From Candidatus Saccharimonadota bacterium (GTDB lineage: Bacteria; Patescibacteriota; Saccharimonadia; Saccharimonadales; JAGQMS01), in the NCBI GenBank assembly GCA_043719125.1, contig JAYSUL010000039.1, positions 1-32,101 on the forward strand: 32,101 bases of DNA. Reading direction: 5' to 3'. The notes beneath the pieces were generated by a model. It was not told the origin of the DNA, ran no database searches, and worked only from the letters and a program-made list of their open reading frames with translations. Positions 18,364 through 27,516 of this stretch are shown in pieces. Numbering within the stretch: the stretch's first letter is position 1; the number at the start of each line of letters is the position of its first letter. A program made the translations under genes and the position numbers.

Positions 18364-18392
18364 TTGACAAAAAGGCACTTTTAGAGTATTAT
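18364..18392 (+). promoter_or_regulatory. Sigma70 promoter of the amidohydrolase/ATP-grasp operon
   Basis: TTGACA(18364)-17-TATTAT(18387), 9 nt before ATG 18402. Confidence 0.75.
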
Positions 18393-18401
18393 AAATAGCA
18401 T

Positions 18402-19520
18402 ATGCCAGAGATAAATAATGAATTTATAGAACTAAGAAATATCCCTCCCGAAGATTCTTCGGTTTTTGAAGCATTGGCTCAAAAAAAGTTAGAATATATT
18501 GCAAAATTCCCTGGTGACGAGGAAGCAAGGGGCATAGAGTTCAACGAAGTTCTGTCGTATCTTAGGGATCTTAAGATTCGAAGGGACGAGCAAGCTACAA
18601 ACCCGAGCTACTACAATATTCCTACGAGACTAGTGGAGGCCGGCGAGCAAGAAAGGATTACGCATAGATTAAAAGTACTAGAGATGACCTATAGCCCCGA
18701 CGGTACAAAAGCTGGTTATTTGAACGGATCGGCTACAACGCCTGACGAGATTAGGGAACGTTCTTTTTCTGACCGACCACTATGGGTTACTACCGGAGAA
18801 CACGGGACTGACCATGCAACTGGTAATGGCGAGTTAAACTCTGGAAGAAAAATCGGTGGTGCTGATTGGGGTCTTGGTGGTTTGAGCGACCTAATGGCCG
18901 AAGAGCTCGGCGGTGTCAGTCTTACGATGACAGGCAGACAGACAGGCAACGGAAATGGAGACCCTGACCACCCGTTTGGTCAGAGGCTGAGCCATGTGAT
19001 AGCCCGCGATGATTCAATAAGAACTAGCCTGCAACTTCACGGTGCATCTCAGGGAAAGGTGGCTAAACTTGCAGATGAGCTGCCCCTGGACGTCTTAATT
19101 GGTATAGGTGCAACCCCAAACGAAGCATCCTTAAGAGCTGCTGAGATTATTCAAGAAATTGGTACCGAGTTCGGTTTGCGAGTGGTGATTAATCAGAGAT
19201 TTGTACGTTTTGTAGAAGTTAGACTACCAAGCGGCCTCGTAGTTACAAGTCCACGGCCCAGAGCCGACGGATCGGTTGGCATTGCCTATGACAACTTCAA
19301 AGCAGCAGGTGAGTATACGACTAGAAGCATAGCCGAAAGAGCCTTCTCATTTATCGGTATAGATGATGCGGTCACGATCCAGTTAGAGCTTGTATCACCT
19401 CTACGAACAATGCCCAATGATGTAGAGACGATCACGAAACGGACAAGAGCTATCGGTCCCTACATGACATACTTACTGCTCAAAACTTTTTACGAGGAGA
19501 CTGCACCCCATGGACGCTAA
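18402..19520 (+). CDS. Zn-dependent amidohydrolase, N-formylglutamate amidohydrolase / poly-gamma-glutamate hydrolase-like
   Basis: EHGTDH...ADWGLG..., LQLHG, DVLIG and IQLE...R match the metal-ligand and catalytic pattern of the Zn-exopeptidase fold (recognised by eye). Confidence 0.6.
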   Translation: MPEINNEFIELRNIPPEDSSVFEALAQKKLEYIAKFPGDEEARGIEFNEVLSYLRDLKIRRDEQATNPSYYNIPTRLVEAGEQERITHRLKVLEMTYSPDGTKAGYLNGSATTPDEIRERSFSDRPLWVTTGEHGTDHATGNGELNSGRKIGGADWGLGGLSDLMAEELGGVSLTMTGRQTGNGNGDPDHPFGQRLSHVIARDDSIRTSLQLHGASQGKVAKLADELPLDVLIGIGATPNEASLRAAEIIQEIGTEFGLRVVINQRFVRFVEVRLPSGLVVTSPRPRADGSVGIAYDNFKAAGEYTTRSIAERAFSFIGIDDAVTIQLELVSPLRTMPNDVETITKRTRAIGPYMTYLLLKTFYEETAPHGR

Positions 19521-20487
19521 ACCTCATATTTCAATGACCTATACGTTGTTTAAGGAAGAAGCTGAATCCAGGGGATGGACCTGCGATACTTTGCCAGGCG
19601 GCTGTTACCGAATTAGCATACCTGGTCAGTCGAAGCCCATTGTGACTCGTGGTGCGATCACAGAGGTAACATCTTCTCCATCGATGCGGTTAATGTCATC
19701 AAAGGCACTACTGGGTAGATTCCTTGAACAGTTAAGTTTCTCCCACCCAAAAACGGTATACTTCGGTCAGGACAACTTATCAATAGCTGAAGATTTTATG
19801 AAAGAACATAGGCGCATTGTAGTAAAGCCCGATAATGCTTCACAGGGTAGGGGTGCTACTATGGGCGTCGATACTATCGTAGATCTAAAAAAAGCAGCTC
19901 TACTAGCAAGTTTTGGTAAGTCTGGGACAACTATCATAGCTCAAGAAGACGTTTCTGATTTAGGCGAGTATCGAATAGGCGTTTTATTCGGTGAAGTAAA
20001 AGGTGCGCTTAAGGGCGGCGTAACTACACTAACCGGTGATGGAGTTAAGACAATCGGCGAGATTCTGGCCGAAAAGTTTGAAACAATAAAGCACAGGTAT
20101 CTTTCCAATTCTGATACAAGACGCAAATTGATTACCGATTCGTTCCAGAGTCTAATCGCAATGAATGATTCCGATAGAGTCATGGCGGTCGGGGAGCATC
20201 TGTCTATCAAGAATCCTATGGCATTTATAAAAGATGATAATATAAGGATAAGCGTAAAAGATATTCACCCGAGCATAAAGAATGAAATCATCAGACTATG
20301 CGATGAATTGAACGCTCCGATCAGTGGAATTGATATTTTTCTCGAAGACCATACCAAACCCATGGAGACACAAAGACACTATTTTATGGAAGCAAATCCG
20401 GCACCAGGGATTGGATCCTATGAAAACCCCAAGGAAGCAGTTACTTTAATCTTAGACAAAGTTATACAAAAGAGGGCCCAAAAATGA
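19510..20487 (+). CDS. ATP-grasp ligase, cyanophycin synthetase / GshAB-like domain
   Basis: VVKPDNASQGRG, AQED, EYRI, GDG.KTI.E, GIDI and MEANPAPG motifs. Overlaps both neighbours. Confidence 0.8.
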   Translation: MDAKPHISMTYTLFKEEAESRGWTCDTLPGGCYRISIPGQSKPIVTRGAITEVTSSPSMRLMSSKALLGRFLEQLSFSHPKTVYFGQDNLSIAEDFMKEHRRIVVKPDNASQGRGATMGVDTIVDLKKAALLASFGKSGTTIIAQEDVSDLGEYRIGVLFGEVKGALKGGVTTLTGDGVKTIGEILAEKFETIKHRYLSNSDTRRKLITDSFQSLIAMNDSDRVMAVGEHLSIKNPMAFIKDDNIRISVKDIHPSIKNEIIRLCDELNAPISGIDIFLEDHTKPMETQRHYFMEANPAPGIGSYENPKEAVTLILDKVIQKRAQK

Positions 20488-21836
20488 AGTTACCGATTAT
20501 CTACAATCAGGACATACAGCTAGGTACTGTCCATGATACCCCTTATAATTTTTTAGTTTACACGAGGCTTTTCAATAGCTTTCGGTTTATATCTGCTGAT
20601 CAAAAATGGTGGTTAAATGACCTTGGGCTTACTGAGAATGATATTGCCCTTGGCAATATGAACTCACCATCAAAGTTAAGGGACAAAAAATTCGTAAACT
20701 ACGCACTAAAGAACCCAAAACTAAAAGTAGTTTTGTATCAGCCAACAGATCCGCCGTATAAGGTAAACCCTTTAATGCTCCTGATGAATTCGCCAACTAT
20801 TGCACATGCATACGAAAATAAGCGTTACTTTAGAGATGAGTTTTCTGACCTCATAAAGATCCCAGAGTATGAAATCTATCACATTAATGAGTTAAACAAA
20901 GTTACGGTGTACCGTGAGCTTCGAAATGAATTTGGCGCATTTGTACTTCAGGATGAAGAGTCGACAGGATCTAAGGGTACATACATTATAGAGGACCATG
21001 AGGATTATATGGATGCGATCACAGATCTAAAGAGATTCTCTAGTGGACGCTCAATTGTTGTCTCAAAGTATATTGAAGGTGAGTCAGCGAGTGTTCAGGT
21101 CTGCGTGACAAAGTATGGTGTATTTTGCTCAGGTGTTCAGAAACAGCTCGTAAACAGTAAATATCTGTCCAATGGTAAAGCCGATGGTTCGACCAAATGG
21201 AATGGTGGCGAGATTGGCTGTGAGTGGCCAGAGATAGTAGAGATGCGTGCACGAGAAATTGCGACTGTTATTGGAGCAGAGCTTTCAAGTCACGGCTATC
21301 GAGGAATATTTGGTGTTGATCTGCTGATCACCAAGGAGAATGAAGTCTACACCATCGAGATAAATGCCAGGATGACAGGCTTTAGTCAACTGCTGTCAGA
21401 CGCACAAATGGCTAACGACAAGATACCGTTCATGTTGCTTCACGCACTTGAGCTTGGCAACTTTACCTATGAAGTCGAAGATCAGATCGCATTACCAAGT
21501 GGAAACGCCGTAAAGAAGCCGTATGGTCTTATGATTATGGTTAACCCTCTTAAGGAAGAATTTACACAAAAACACGATATCATAGCGGGTATCTATAGGT
21601 TCAAAAACGGTGTTTATCTGTACGAAAAGGCATCACTAACAGTAAGTGACCTTAAGTCCGAAGAACAAGTACTGATTATCTGTAATAGGCAAAAGGGTGA
21701 AACTGTTGGTCCTGGAAAGCGCATAATGAATATCCAGAAACTTGGTAAGATCATGTCAGGCACAAAGCTTAACTCAAAGACTATCAAGATGCTCTCTGCG
21801 CTTAACAAGCAATTTGACTTACCATTTGACTACTAA
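20484..21836 (+). CDS. ATP-grasp domain protein (peptide ligase-like)
   Basis: ENKRYFR, STGSKGT, SKYIEG, GYRGIFGVDLL and IEINARMTG motifs. Confidence 0.8.
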   Translation: MKLPIIYNQDIQLGTVHDTPYNFLVYTRLFNSFRFISADQKWWLNDLGLTENDIALGNMNSPSKLRDKKFVNYALKNPKLKVVLYQPTDPPYKVNPLMLLMNSPTIAHAYENKRYFRDEFSDLIKIPEYEIYHINELNKVTVYRELRNEFGAFVLQDEESTGSKGTYIIEDHEDYMDAITDLKRFSSGRSIVVSKYIEGESASVQVCVTKYGVFCSGVQKQLVNSKYLSNGKADGSTKWNGGEIGCEWPEIVEMRAREIATVIGAELSSHGYRGIFGVDLLITKENEVYTIEINARMTGFSQLLSDAQMANDKIPFMLLHALELGNFTYEVEDQIALPSGNAVKKPYGLMIMVNPLKEEFTQKHDIIAGIYRFKNGVYLYEKASLTVSDLKSEEQVLIICNRQKGETVGPGKRIMNIQKLGKIMSGTKLNSKTIKMLSALNKQFDLPFDY

Positions 21837-21880
21837 ATACTTTACTCAAGATCTAGCGTTTGGCGAGGTATCATTAGTGT

Positions 21881-22360
21881 ATGAAATTCATATCGTTCAA
21901 AAATAAGAACTCTGTTTCTGCACTCCTGATCACTACTATTCTCTTTAGTATCGTAGCCACTCTCACGGTAAGCCTCACCGAAACATGCAAACAGAACTAT
22001 AGAAGCGATAAAGTCGTAGACATTAGTGGTAGGCTAAATTTGCCCGTAGAGGTTGCTGATACTGCTGAGTCTCGCCAGATGGGTTTGAGTACTCGGGATT
22101 GTATTGATGACAACCATGCAATGCTCTTTGTATTTGATAATCCTGATTTACATGGATTTTGGATGAAAGACATGAAATTTAGTATTGATATTGTTTGGCT
22201 AGATCAAGATAAGAGGGTGGTAGATATCAAACAAGATGTCTCACCGGCGACATATCCGGAGGTATTTTACCCGTCAGGTACAGCAAAATATGTGCTGGAA
22301 ACAAACCCAGGGCTTCTCGAATCTGTCGACGTAACTATCGGTAGTCAGCTCAGCTGGTAA
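21881..22360 (+). CDS. DUF192 family protein
   Basis: N-terminal TM, VEVADT..R..GLS, MLFVF, FWMKDMKFSIDIVWLD and YVLE motifs. Confidence 0.92.
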   Translation: MKFISFKNKNSVSALLITTILFSIVATLTVSLTETCKQNYRSDKVVDISGRLNLPVEVADTAESRQMGLSTRDCIDDNHAMLFVFDNPDLHGFWMKDMKFSIDIVWLDQDKRVVDIKQDVSPATYPEVFYPSGTAKYVLETNPGLLESVDVTIGSQLSW

Positions 22361-22371
22361 AAACAGTAGTT

Positions 22372-22537
22372 TACTCGACCTACACAAGAATCCCTGCCAT
22401 CCCAGACTTAACGCCAGAGTGATCTACGAACTTTTCCTCAGAATATGTACCTATGGGTACGTATTCTTCTGATAAAGCTCGCATCTCATCACTGGTCAGT
22501 AACTCTGGAGATGTCGAGGTTCTATGCAAGTCGAGTA
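22372..22537 (-). ncRNA. Candidate rod-shaped ncRNA (166-nt imperfect hairpin)
   Basis: Nested inverted repeats from TACTCGAC/GTCGAGTA at the ends to AGAATATGTACC/GGTACGTATTCT at the apex. Most mismatches are C-A on +, which are G-U on -. Confidence 0.6.
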
Positions 22538-22548
22538 TAATACTAAGC

Positions 22549-23040
22549 ATGAACGCTATGGCAGTATTTTTATTTGTCTTTATCCTAGTAGGAATACTAC
22601 CTATACTTACACGCGCAAAGGGCGCGAGTGTCTTTATGATGCTTTGCGTCGGAAAGGCGCTAATGGAGATATCTTCGGATGAGGTAGGTCTTGCTGCTCG
22701 ATTGGTGTTAAATTCTAATCTGCCCGTAGACGACATTGCTAAAATATCTTTGATGTTACTGCCTGCACTTTTGGCATTATTTGCTACAAAAAAAGCAGCT
22801 AAAAAGAAGTTTGCTTACCATATTATACCCGCTATTGTGGCGGGGTTATTAGCTGGATTTTGGTCAGTTGGTATTATGGGAAATAACGACGGGTTTGAAA
22901 GCTCATCAACGTATACGTATGTGAATGCTAATATCACGGTTATTTTGCTTGTGGGAATTTTATCGACAATTTTCCTTATGTTTATCGAAAGACCCAAGCC
23001 GGTTAAGCCGGAGGATGGTGATAGCCATCATGGTAGGTAG
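22549..23040 (+). CDS. Hypothetical membrane protein (about 5 TM)
   Basis: ATG 22549 is 7 nt after TATAAT (22536-22541) and in frame with the tracked ORF 22453. Several hydrophobic helices. Confidence 0.75.
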   Translation: MNAMAVFLFVFILVGILPILTRAKGASVFMMLCVGKALMEISSDEVGLAARLVLNSNLPVDDIAKISLMLLPALLALFATKKAAKKKFAYHIIPAIVAGLLAGFWSVGIMGNNDGFESSSTYTYVNANITVILLVGILSTIFLMFIERPKPVKPEDGDSHHGR

Positions 23041-23048
23041 GATCCGTA

Positions 23049-23086
23049 AATAGAAAACAGCCACGGCGAGGTGGCTGTTTTCTATT
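23049..23086. terminator. Bidirectional intrinsic terminator
   Basis: Perfect 16-bp IR AATAGAAAACAGCCAC-GGCGAG-GTGGCTGTTTTCTATT between a convergent CDS and tRNA. Confidence 0.88.
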
Positions 23087-23162
23087 GGAGGGACCGATGG
23101 GACTTGAACCCATGACACCCTGCTTAAAAGGCAGGTGCTCTAACCAGCTGAGCTACGGTCCC
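23086..23162 (-). tRNA. tRNA-Lys (anticodon UUU)
   Basis: Reverse complement GGGACCGTAGCTCAGCTGGTTAGAGCACCTGCCTTTTAAGCAGGGTGTCATGGGTTCAAGTCCCATCGGTCCCTCCA folds as a cloverleaf with encoded CCA. Confidence 0.97.
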
Positions 23163-23188
23163 GAAAATTGATTAGAAAAACAGAGGTA

Positions 23189-23217
23189 ATTATACTGTTT
23201 GGGTATGATTTAGTCAA
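23189..23217 (-). promoter_or_regulatory. Sigma70 promoter of tRNA-Lys
   Basis: Minus strand TTGACT-17-TATAAT. Confidence 0.75.
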
Positions 23218-23252
23218 GATTCTAGGCGGGGTTAATCTATAATCACTAAATA

Positions 23253-24644
23253 GTGAAGAGAACGGATATTATCATCGCTTGTTCACTGGCATGCATGGCC
23301 GGTATTTATACTGGCCGTTATGTTGATATTGCCTTGATAGCATGTATTGTTGGCATATTCTTTTGTTTTGCTCTGCGAAAAAGATATATAGCTGTAGGAA
23401 TAATTATAATTTCTTGCGGTGTCGGAAATATCAGAGGGGTAGTACAAAACCATGGATTTGAAACACTTCGTAACGTATTTGAGACCAAGACTACGATAAC
23501 AGGGCGGTCAATAGAGGATGCTGAGTATGATAGTCGAGGGCAACTCGCGTTCTCGATGAATCACCTTGAGGTTCAGGGCAGAAATATCCCTGGGCAAATC
23601 GCGGCTGGGGGCTTCGGGGAGGTGAGCGTACTTCGAGGTGATACGGTAGAAGTAACTGGCAAAATATTCCAGGCGCGTGGATCTAACCAAGCAAGAATGA
23701 GCTTTGCAGATCTAAACGTCGTAGAAAAAGATAACAAATGGTATAACGCGTTAAGGCGAAAGCTCAATAAAAAACTTCGTGATAACCTACCGGAGCCCCA
23801 AAGTTCTTTTGCCAGTGGGCTACTTATCGGACAGCGCTCTACTATTCCTGACAATGTGGTTGATAACCTACGCACAACTGGACTTGCACACATCATCGCT
23901 GTCTCGGGCTACAATCTAACGATAATTATTAGGTTTGTAATGAGAGTGTTACGTAAGTTATCAAGGTATCAAAAACTGATCATTGCATCGTCTACGATAA
24001 TCACTTTTTTGCTAATCACCGGGTTTTCGGCATCGATTGTACGTGCCGCTATTGTCTGTGGTTTGTCACTGCTCGCGTGGTACTACGGTAGAGTATTTCG
24101 GCCGGGGGTTCTACTGAGCCTAACTGCAGTCGGAACGGCACTGTATAGGCCGGAATACATATGGGGAGATGCTGGGTGGTATTTATCTTTTCTGGCGTTT
24201 TTTGGAATTCTCATAGTTAGCCCAGTTATCGAATCAAGAATATATAAAGGCAAGAAACCAAAACTCATCGGCAAACTTCTAATTGAGACTTCATCAGTTT
24301 TGATTATGGTGACGCCATATAGTTTGCTTCTATTTGGTAATTTATCGATTATTGCTCTCCCCGCAAACTTGCTAGTCGTGCCACTCGTACCTGTCGCAAT
24401 GGGTTTGTCTGCGATATGTATTTTATTGCCACATACGCTCGCAGTTCTTGCCGTTCCTGCGTCTCTTGTGCTGGCACTAGTGCTCGAGTTGGCTCGAGTT
24501 CTCGCCAATGTGCCCTATGCATCTTCTGAGGTCCACATAACTGCGCTAGAGGCAGTTTTTGTATACTTTGTACTGCTGAGCATGCTCTATCTGGCATGGC
24601 GCAAGACAAGGATAAAGATAGATCGTAATATTTTGATATACTAG
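23253..24644 (+). CDS. comEC: ComEC/Rec2 competence protein (no C-terminal beta-lactamase domain)
   Basis: GLLIG, TGLAHIIAVSGYN, ASIVRA, GWYLSFLA and PANLLVVP motifs. OB-like region near the N-terminus. Confidence 0.93.
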   Translation: MKRTDIIIACSLACMAGIYTGRYVDIALIACIVGIFFCFALRKRYIAVGIIIISCGVGNIRGVVQNHGFETLRNVFETKTTITGRSIEDAEYDSRGQLAFSMNHLEVQGRNIPGQIAAGGFGEVSVLRGDTVEVTGKIFQARGSNQARMSFADLNVVEKDNKWYNALRRKLNKKLRDNLPEPQSSFASGLLIGQRSTIPDNVVDNLRTTGLAHIIAVSGYNLTIIIRFVMRVLRKLSRYQKLIIASSTIITFLLITGFSASIVRAAIVCGLSLLAWYYGRVFRPGVLLSLTAVGTALYRPEYIWGDAGWYLSFLAFFGILIVSPVIESRIYKGKKPKLIGKLLIETSSVLIMVTPYSLLLFGNLSIIALPANLLVVPLVPVAMGLSAICILLPHTLAVLAVPASLVLALVLELARVLANVPYASSEVHITALEAVFVYFVLLSMLYLAWRKTRIKIDRNILIY

Positions 24645-24649
24645 TCCAT

Positions 24650-25375
24650 ATGTCAGGACATTCTAAATGGGAAACGATTAAACGCGCAAAGGGCGCAAAC
24701 GATGCCAAACGCGGAGTAATTTTTACGCGGCTGGGAAACCAGATCGCGCTTGCGGCTAGGGGTGGGGCTAATCCAGACATGAACTTCGCTCTTCGCATAG
24801 CCATCGAGGCAGCTAAAGCACAAAACATGCCCATGGCTAATATTGAGCGTGCCATAAAGCGAGTCACGGATAAGGCCGCCGAGCAAGTTGAGGAAGTGGT
24901 CTATGAGGGCTATGGACCCGGCGGGACAGCGATACTTATCGAGTGTGCGACTAATAACCGTAATCGTACTTTCCCGGAAGTAAAAAGCACCTTTACAAAA
25001 TGTGGGGGTGCGGTGGCAGAGCCGGGGAGTGTGGCATTCCAGTTTACGAGAAAAGGTGTGATACGAGTACAGGAAACTGGAGATGATGCGCTATTACTGG
25101 CACTTGATGCGGGCGCTGACGATGCGGTTGAGTCTGACGGAGAGATGATTGTCTATTCCACACTTAAGGATTTAGCAAAGGTTAGAGATGGTCTTGTTGG
25201 TGCGGGTTTAACTATCCTTGAAGCCAAGCTAAGTTATGAGCCTAATGCGAAAATGGAAGTAACTGATCCGGAAGTAGCAAGAAAAGTCGTACGACTCCTC
25301 GACACGCTAGACGAACTTGGTGATACGGTGCAAACATATACCAATTTTGATATAGCCGATGGCGTCGAAATCTAA
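24650..25375 (+). CDS. yebC: YebC/PmpR family protein
   Basis: MSGHSKWETIKRAKG, YEGYGPGG and TNNRNRT motifs. Confidence 0.96.
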   Translation: MSGHSKWETIKRAKGANDAKRGVIFTRLGNQIALAARGGANPDMNFALRIAIEAAKAQNMPMANIERAIKRVTDKAAEQVEEVVYEGYGPGGTAILIECATNNRNRTFPEVKSTFTKCGGAVAEPGSVAFQFTRKGVIRVQETGDDALLLALDAGADDAVESDGEMIVYSTLKDLAKVRDGLVGAGLTILEAKLSYEPNAKMEVTDPEVARKVVRLLDTLDELGDTVQTYTNFDIADGVEI

Positions 25376-25853
25376 ACGCATTATCGGAATCGACCCAGGA
25401 ACTGGGCGTTTGGGGTTTGGTGTTATTGATATTATTGCCGGAAAGCCAACTCTTGTTGATGCTGGAGTGATTACTACCCCCCCACATACCGAGGAATCAG
25501 ATCGTTTAATAACTATCTTTGAAGAACTTAGTGGAATCATCAAAGATACCAATCCGGGTATCATGGCTGTCGAGAAAATATTTTTTGCGCAAAACGTGAC
25601 GACAGCCATAGCAGTAGCGCAGGCTAGAGGTGTAATACTACTTACGGGAAAACAAGCTGGCCTGGAGCTGCATGAATACACCCCACTGCAGATTAAAATG
25701 TCCCTTACCGGCTATGGGCGTGCGTCAAAGCAACAGATACAGGAGATGGTTAAGGTCCTTCTGAAACTGAGTGAAATACCGAAGCCTGACGATTGTGCGG
25801 ATGCTCTAGCAGTGGCGCTAGTTCACTCGCATGGTATTAAACTTAGCCTGTAG
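25359..25853 (+). CDS. ruvC: Holliday junction resolvase RuvC
   Basis: IIGIDPG, VEKIFF, QARGV, YTPLQIK, GYGRASK and DDCADALAVA motifs. Confidence 0.96.
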   Translation: MASKSKRIIGIDPGTGRLGFGVIDIIAGKPTLVDAGVITTPPHTEESDRLITIFEELSGIIKDTNPGIMAVEKIFFAQNVTTAIAVAQARGVILLTGKQAGLELHEYTPLQIKMSLTGYGRASKQQIQEMVKVLLKLSEIPKPDDCADALAVALVHSHGIKLSL

Positions 25854-25902
25854 CGAAAATTACGTACCCCACAATGATCTGCCCCGGGTTACAATAGTAC
25901 TT

Positions 25903-26478
25903 ATGATTGCAAGAATTACTGGTGAAGTGATCGAAAACGAGGATAACTCGGTAGTTATCGACTGCGGGGGCGTTGGCTACCAAGTAACTGTTTGCCAGGA
26001 TGATCAAGGTCACCTGAGTGTCGGTAGCCAGGCACAGTTATATATTGCAGAAAACATCAAGGAAGATAGTCATGATTTATATGGATTTAGGACTAAATCT
26101 AAAAAGGCTTTATATCTACAGCTTACAAGCGTAAATGGGGTGGGGCCAAAAGCTGCTATGTCTATACTGGCGGTTGATAGCGAAAACGAAATTCGACAGG
26201 CTATAGCTGAGGGGGATACGGCTTTACTGTCTCGTGCATCTGGTGTCGGCAAGAAAGTAGCGGAGCGAATTGTCGTGGACCTAAAGAGTAAAATGGGATT
26301 ACTGGCGAGTGATGATGCTACAGATTTTCTACGGGATGATTCGATCAGCGATAGAGACGAGGCAGTACAGGCGCTCGTAGCACTAGGCTACTCGTTGATA
26401 GATGCAAAATTCGCTCTTAGCTCTGTAGATGTTAATCTATCGACAGAAAAGCGCGTTAAAGAGGCTCTGAAAGGCTAA
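25903..26478 (+). CDS. ruvA: Holliday junction branch migration protein RuvA
   Basis: MIARITG, GVGY, LYGF, VNGVGPK, GVGKK.AERI and ALVALGY motifs. The true ATG 25903 is 7 nt after TACAAT. Confidence 0.96.
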   Translation: MIARITGEVIENEDNSVVIDCGGVGYQVTVCQDDQGHLSVGSQAQLYIAENIKEDSHDLYGFRTKSKKALYLQLTSVNGVGPKAAMSILAVDSENEIRQAIAEGDTALLSRASGVGKKVAERIVVDLKSKMGLLASDDATDFLRDDSISDRDEAVQALVALGYSLIDAKFALSSVDVNLSTEKRVKEALKG

Positions 26479-26480
26479 TT

Positions 26481-27515
26481 ATGGCAATCGAGAGAATCGT
26501 AACGGCATCATCCTCGCAGGAAGACCCAAAAGAAGAAGTCTATGAATTATCGCTCAGGCCAAGAACTTTTTCGGAATATATTGGCCAAGATAGGATCGTT
26601 AAAAACTTAAAGCTAACGATTGAGGCTGCAAAAAAACGAGGCGAGCCGATTGATCACGTATTACTCTACGGCCCACCAGGACTTGGGAAAACTACATTAG
26701 CAACTGTTATCGCAAACGAAATGGGAGCACAAATACGTGTGACTAGTGGTCCTGCTATTGAGCGCGCTGCTGATCTGGCAAGCATGCTCACAAACCTCCA
26801 GGATGGCGACATACTTTTTATTGACGAAATCCATAGACTCAATCGTTCGGTAGAGGAAGTGTTGTACTCAGCTATGGAAGATTATGCTATTGATATCATG
26901 CTCGGTAAAGGACCAAGTGCAAAAAGTCTGCGTCTAGATATTCCTAAATTTACCCTGATAGGCGCTACTACGAGGACTGGTGCTCTCGCGGCACCACTTC
27001 GAGATAGATTCGGTATGCTCCATCGTCTAGAATTTTATGACCCAAAAGACATAGCAACGATTATCTCTCGATCTGCCTCAATTTTGGGCACAGAAATTGA
27101 CCAAGATGCCAGCATGACACTCTCAACCAGATCTCGGCTCACTCCACGTATCGCTAACAGACTGCTTAAACGCGTAAGAGATTACGCAGATATTAATGGT
27201 GACGGTATCATTGATGCCAAGATTACAAAAAGCGCCCTAGAGCTACTCGAAATAGATGAATTTGGTCTTGATCCGGCCGATCGACTGCTTTTAAATGCAA
27301 TAATCGAAAATCATTCTGGTGGACCGGTAGGGCTGAATACACTTGCGGCAATACTGGGAGACGAGGCAACAACTATTGAAGATTTCTACGAACCTTTCTT
27401 GCTTCAGATTGGTATGATAGAGCGTACTCCTAGAGGACGAAAAACTACTGTCAAAGCACATACTCATCTCAAGAAGAGCCCCACTAACTCATCCGACCAG
27501 GCATCCATTTTATAG
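26481..27515 (+). CDS. ruvB: Holliday junction helicase RuvB
   Basis: [29 protein letters not shown] and RTPRGR motifs. Confidence 0.98.
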   Translation: MAIERIVTASSSQEDPKEEVYELSLRPRTFSEYIGQDRIVKNLKLTIEAAKKRGEPIDHVLLYGPPGLGKTTLATVIANEMGAQIRVTSGPAIERAADLASMLTNLQDGDILFIDEIHRLNRSVEEVLYSAMEDYAIDIMLGKGPSAKSLRLDIPKFTLIGATTRTGALAAPLRDRFGMLHRLEFYDPKDIATIISRSASILGTEIDQDASMTLSTRSRLTPRIANRLLKRVRDYADINGDGIIDAKITKSALELLEIDEFGLDPADRLLLNAIIENHSGGPVGLNTLAAILGDEATTIEDFYEPFLLQIGMIERTPRGRKTTVKAHTHLKKSPTNSSDQASIL

Positions 27516-27516
27516 A

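Noticed and set aside
22380-22736. Minus-strand 118-aa ORF and the 22453 N-terminal extension
   Set aside because: They are antisense to, or upstream of, a better-supported start at 22549. The region is better explained by the RNA hairpin and promoter.
23049-23162. tRNA-Lys 3' end as an integration site for an island
   Set aside because: No integrase and no duplicated tRNA 3' fragment were seen in the window. The adjacent IR is a terminator.
25831-25902. 24-aa N-terminal extension of RuvA in the ORF track
   Set aside because: RuvA homology begins at MIARITG (25903), which has its own -10 box.
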